From a virus (Duplodnaviria; Heunggongvirae; Uroviricota; Caudoviricetes): a stretch of DNA of 46,993 bases. Below, one piece after another: positions 43,543 to 46,993 of this stretch. Where the stretch lies: the IMG/VR virus record IMGVR_UViG_2529293060_000009. One strand, 5' to 3'. Position numbers and translations under genes: made by a program. The notes under the pieces were generated by a model, which had not been told where the DNA came from, made no database searches, and worked only from the letters and a program-made list of their open reading frames with translations. Numbering within the stretch: the first letter of the stretch is position 1; each line of letters starts with the position of its first letter.

Positions 43543-44442
43543 TCAGGCTGCCAGACCACCATTTCCGATGGAAGCGTAATATGCCTTTTCCGCTTCTGCC
43601 GGCGGGATATGACCCAGTCGTTCCAGCAACCGTCGGTTATTGTACCAGTCCACCCACGTCAGTGTGGCCAGTTCCACTTCGGCGCGGTTTTTCCAGCTCT
43701 TACGATGTATCACCTCCGCTTTATAAAGTCCGTTGATGCTCTCCGCCATCGCGTTGTCATATGAGTCGCCTGTGCTGCCGGTTGACGCCAGCAACTCTGC
43801 ATCCTTAAGCCGCTGAGTGTATGCCAGCGACACATATTGTGACCCCTTATCTGAGTGATGGATGGTGCCCGACGGGCGACGGGCCCACAGCGCCTGCTCC
43901 AGTGCATCCAGCACGAACGTCGTTTTCATCGACGATGAGACCCGCCAGCCCACAATGACGCCGGCGAACACATCGATGATGAACGCCGCGTAAGCGAAGC
44001 CCTGCCAGGTGCTCACATACGTGAAGTCAGCCACCCACAGCTGGTCGGGGCGTTCTGCCACGAACTGGCGGTTCACCCGGTCACCCGCAGCGGCTTCTTT
44101 CCGGCTGACTGTGGTGCGGACCTTTTTACCCCGGCGCACACCGGCAAGCCCCATCACCTTCATCAGCCGTTCTACTGTGCACCTGGCCACGGTCACCCCC
44201 TCACGCAACAACTGGCGCCAGACCTTGCGCACACCGTACACGCTGTGGTTTTCATCGTACACGCGCTGTATCTCCGGCTTCAGCAGGTCATCACGCTGTG
44301 CCCGCTGACTGCGTTTATCCGGATGCCGTTGATGCGCACGATGCCGGTAATACGTTGACGGGGCGACAGCCAGCTCGTGGCATACCGGTCCGACCCCGTG
44401 CGCACCACGCAGGGTATCCACCAGAGGCGCTATTTTTTCCAC
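43543..44442 (-). CDS. IS629-like transposase OrfB (copy 2)
   Basis: Same as copy 1 OrfB except [10 protein letters not shown] versus [10 protein letters not shown]. Confidence 0.85.
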   Translation of the reverse strand: MEKIAPLVDTLRGAHGVGPVCHELAVAPSTYYRHRAHQRHPDKRSQRAQRDDLLKPEIQRVYDENHSVYGVRKVWRQLLREGVTVARCTVERLMKVMGLAGVRRGKKVRTTVSRKEAAAGDRVNRQFVAERPDQLWVADFTYVSTWQGFAYAAFIIDVFAGVIVGWRVSSSMKTTFVLDALEQALWARRPSGTIHHSDKGSQYVSLAYTQRLKDAELLASTGSTGDSYDNAMAESINGLYKAEVIHRKSWKNRAEVELATLTWVDWYNNRRLLERLGHIPPAEAEKAYYASIGNGGLAA

Positions 44443-44756
44443 AGGCGGTCGAACTCCGCCTTCGCAAAATACGCGGAAGCCTGGCGCAGGATATCGTTGC
44501 TGCGGCGCAGTTCGCGGTTTTCACGCTCCAGTTCCTTCAGACGCTGACGTTCAGTGGTGCTCAGTCCGCCGTCACCTGCACCGGCATCGCGCTCATACTG
44601 ACGCAGCCAGGTACGCAGGGTCTCAGGCGTACAGCCGATTTTAGGGGCGATGGAGCTGATGGCCGCCCACTGCGAGTCATAGTCATTCTGGCTTTCGATA
44701 ACCATACGAACGGCCCGCTGACGGACCTCAGGGGAAAAGCGCGTATTTTTAGTCAT
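44430..44756 (-). CDS. IS629-like transposase OrfA (copy 2)
   Basis: Identical to copy 1 OrfA. Confidence 0.85.
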   Translation of the reverse strand: MTKNTRFSPEVRQRAVRMVIESQNDYDSQWAAISSIAPKIGCTPETLRTWLRQYERDAGAGDGGLSTTERQRLKELERENRELRRSNDILRQASAYFAKAEFDRLWKK

Positions 44757-44813
44757 CCTGTTTACCTCTCTCTCAAGGAGTTTAGTCTCCAGGATTCCCG
44801 GGGCGATTCAAAC

Positions 44814-45009
44814 TGTCGAGACCAAGACCGTAAGTTCACCAATATTCTCACTTGAGCCAGGCGTATTATCAGGTGAAATATGCACCGAGATTTCCAGCGA
44901 ACTGCTTCCGGTAATACGAGAAGCAATTTGCCGTCGCGGTTTGGATGGAAGTTACGATCATGACGTCCTGCAAGTTCTCAGGACAATGGTGACTTCACTG
45001 GGGATTTGA
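44814..45009 (+). pseudogene. 3-prime part of the IS-interrupted ydfB/ydfC-position gene
   Basis: Frame continuity with 43331..43500 after removal of the IS and one target duplication copy; ends ..VLRTMVTSLGI. Confidence 0.5.
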
Positions 45010-45178
45010 TCCCTGCGTCCTCTAACCTTTTGATATAGCGGTCCTCCAAGAAGCGGTAAATTTTGTCGAAATCATCTTTCCCCTCTGGTTTATTCAGAGG
45101 ATTACAGGACCCGTAAGTAGCGGCATACATTTCAACCGTTTTATCAAAAATATAAGAGACAAATTCTTCTTTAGTCAT
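44978..45178 (-). CDS. Hypothetical 66-aa protein, convergent with and overlapping the interrupted gene
   Basis: Internal Met (MTKEEFVSYIFDKTVEMYAATYGSCNPL...) with good RBS (aaggaaatctat before ATG). Confidence 0.4.
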   Translation of the reverse strand: MTKEEFVSYIFDKTVEMYAATYGSCNPLNKPEGKDDFDKIYRFLEDRYIKRLEDAGIKSPVKSPLS

Positions 45179-45453
45179 ATAGATTTCCTTCTTGGTTATT
45201 CTGGATAAGAAGGATACCACCTCGCCTGACGTGGTTAAAAGCAGGCACACAACACGAAAGCGCACGGCGAAGTTCGTCTCACTGTACGGTGTCGTTAAAT
45301 TTAATTCGACCGTGCGCTTCCGGTTGTGGCAACCCGCGAAATGGCGCGGCGGTAAGTATGGCGGGGTTATTCCTTCCCCGTTGAGGACACCGAGTTGTCA
45401 GGTTGACCATACGCTTAAGTGACAACCCCGCTGCAACGCCCTCTGTTATCAAT

Positions 45454-45506
45454 TTTCTGGTGACGTTTGGCGGTATCAGTTTTACTCCGTGACTGCTCTG
45501 CCGCCG
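45454..45506 (+). ncRNA. dicF: DicF small regulatory RNA
   Basis: tttctggtgacgtttggcggtatcagttttactccgtgactgctctgccgcc followed by a T-run. Matches my recollection of the 53-nt DicF RNA and sits immediately upstream of dicB. Confidence 0.85.
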
Positions 45507-45680
45507 TTTTTAAAGTGAATTTTGTGATGCGGTGAATGCGGCTAAGCGCACGCGGAACAGTTAAAACCAAAAACAGTGTTATGGGTGGATTCTCTGTATC
45601 CGGCGTTAATTGTTAACTGGTTAACGTCACCTGGAGGCACCAGGCACTGCATCACAAAATTCATTGTTGAGGACGCGATA

Positions 45681-45869
45681 ATGAAAACGTTATTACCAAA
45701 CGTTAATACGTCTGAAGGTTGTTTTGAAATTGGTGTCACTATCAGTAACCCTGTATTTACTGAAGATGCCATTAACAAGAGAAAACAAGAACGGGAGCTA
45801 TTAAATAAAATATGCATTGTTTCAATGCTGGCTCGTTTACGTCTGATGCCAAAAGGATGTACACAATGA
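45681..45869 (+). CDS. dicB: Cell division inhibitor DicB
   Basis: 62-aa MKTLLPNVNTSEGCFEIGVTISNPVFTEDAINKRKQERELLNKICIVSMLARLRLMPKGCTQ with RBS gagga, near-identical to my recollection of K-12 DicB. Confidence 0.9.
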   Translation: MKTLLPNVNTSEGCFEIGVTISNPVFTEDAINKRKQERELLNKICIVSMLARLRLMPKGCTQ

Positions 45870-46057
45870 ATTCAGCATTTGCGCTTGTTCTGACAGTTTT
45901 TCTTGTTTCCGGAGAGCCAGTTGATATTGCAGACAGTGTTCACAGGACAATGCAGGAGTGTATGACTGCAGCAACCGAACAGAAAATTCCCGGTAACTGT
46001 TACCCGGTCGATAAAGTTATTCACCAGGATAATATCGAAATCCCGGCAGGTCTTTAA
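45866..46057 (+). CDS. ydfD: YdfD small protein
   Basis: 63-aa ORF (MNSAFALVLTVFLVSGEPVD...) overlapping the dicB stop, as in the K-12 dicB-ydfD arrangement. Confidence 0.8.
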   Translation: MNSAFALVLTVFLVSGEPVDIADSVHRTMQECMTAATEQKIPGNCYPVDKVIHQDNIEIPAGL

Positions 46058-46150
46058 AACAGTTCCGTAATAAATATCCGGTTTCATTCTTATATGCCAG
46101 CAATGGCAGGGATTTGTTCATCCTTAAATCTGTCATGAGGTTAAAACAAA

Positions 46151-46993
46151 ATGAGTAAAGTCTTTATTTGCGCCGCTATTCCTGACGAACTGGCAACAAG
46201 GGAAGAAGGCGCTGTGGCTGTAGCCACAGCCATTGAAGCTGGCGACGAACGCCGTGCTCGAGCAAAATTTCACTGGCAGTTCCTGGAACATTATCCGGCT
46301 GCTCAGGACTGCGCTTATAAATTTATTGTCTGCGAGGATAAACCTGGCATACCCCGCCCTGCCCTCGATTCATGGGATGCTGAATATATGCAGGAAAACC
46401 GCTGGGATGAGGAGTCAGCTTCTTTTGTCCCGGTTGAGACTGAATCCGATCCGATGAACGTCACTTTTGACAAGCTGGCCCCTGAAGTACAGAACGCTGT
46501 CATGGTTAAGTTCGACACATGTGAAAACATCACCGTTGATATGGTTATTAGCGCACAGGAATTGTTGCAGGAAGACATGGCAACATTCGACGGACATATC
46601 GTTGAAGCGTTGATGAAAATGCCAGAAGTTAACGCCATGTATCCGGAGCTTAAGTTGCACGCCATTGGGTGGGTTAAGCATAAATGTATTCCTGGTGCTA
46701 AATGGCCCGAAATTCAGGCAGAGATGCGCATCTGGAAAAAACGTCGCGAAGGTGAACGCAAGGAAACCGGAAAATACACGTCTGTTGTTGATCTCGCCCG
46801 CGCCAGAGCCAATCAACAGTACACTGAAAATTCAACAGGAAAAATCAGCCCGGTCATTGCTGCCATTCATCGCGAATACAAGCAGACATGGAAAACACTG
46901 GATGACGAACTGGCCTACGCTCTCTGGCCTGGTGATGTGGATGCCGGAAACATTGACGGCAGCATCCATCGCTGGGCAAAAAAGAAGTTATCG
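46151..46993 (+). CDS. ydfE: YdfE-like protein, 3-prime end beyond the window
   Basis: Open frame from ATG 46151 (RBS gagg) to the window end with no stop. Not in the ORF track because it is unterminated. Position after ydfD. Confidence 0.6.
   Translation, partial: MSKVFICAAIPDELATREEGAVAVATAIEAGDERRARAKFHWQFLEHYPAAQDCAYKFIVCEDKPGIPRPALDSWDAEYMQENRWDEESASFVPVETESDPMNVTFDKLAPEVQNAVMVKFDTCENITVDMVISAQELLQEDMATFDGHIVEALMKMPEVNAMYPELKLHAIGWVKHKCIPGAKWPEIQAEMRIWKKRREGERKETGKYTSVVDLARARANQQYTENSTGKISPVIAAIHREYKQTWKTLDDELAYALWPGDVDAGNIDGSIHRWAKKKLS

Larger units (their letters stand above)
43501..44810 (-). mobile_element. IS629: IS629-like element (1310 bp), copy 2, with 3-bp target site duplication aac
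   Basis: Same ends and ORFs as copy 1 (orfA 44430..44756, orfB 43543..44442), differing by at least one residue in OrfB (V versus A). Flanked by aac at 43498..43500 and 44811..44813. Confidence 0.85.

Overview
The window is almost entirely one lambdoid prophage of the Qin/Rac type, inserted next to a truncated host MFS transporter gene (ydfJ, 1..1284). Reading left to right, the prophage is in reverse lambda order, with late genes on the minus strand: ydfK and a Pin-type invertase; a complete lambda-like tail module (tfa, stf, lom, J, I, K, L, M, H, G/T, V, U, Z); a head module with a protease-capsid fusion, portal and terminase; a cos site; small Qin-type genes (gnsB, cspI); a phage-21-type lysis cassette (Rz/Rz1, SAR endolysin, YdfR, pinholin); a cargo block in the Q-to-S position (AraC-family regulator, YbgA-like protein, IS629, Blc-like lipocalin); Q antiterminator; hokD; a low-GC two-gene insert (AbiH-like protein plus a protein with a PD-(D/E)xK-like motif); a Rac-like replication and immunity region with iterons; and the dicA-ydfA-dicF-dicB-ydfD-ydfE operon, interrupted by a second IS629. 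The most interesting candidate for an undescribed system is the AbiH-like/nuclease-like gene pair at 37476..39826. All protein identifications rest on reading the supplied translations and on recalled similarity to lambda, phage 21 and E. coli K-12 prophage proteins; no database search was run. No tRNA, rRNA or CRISPR array was found.
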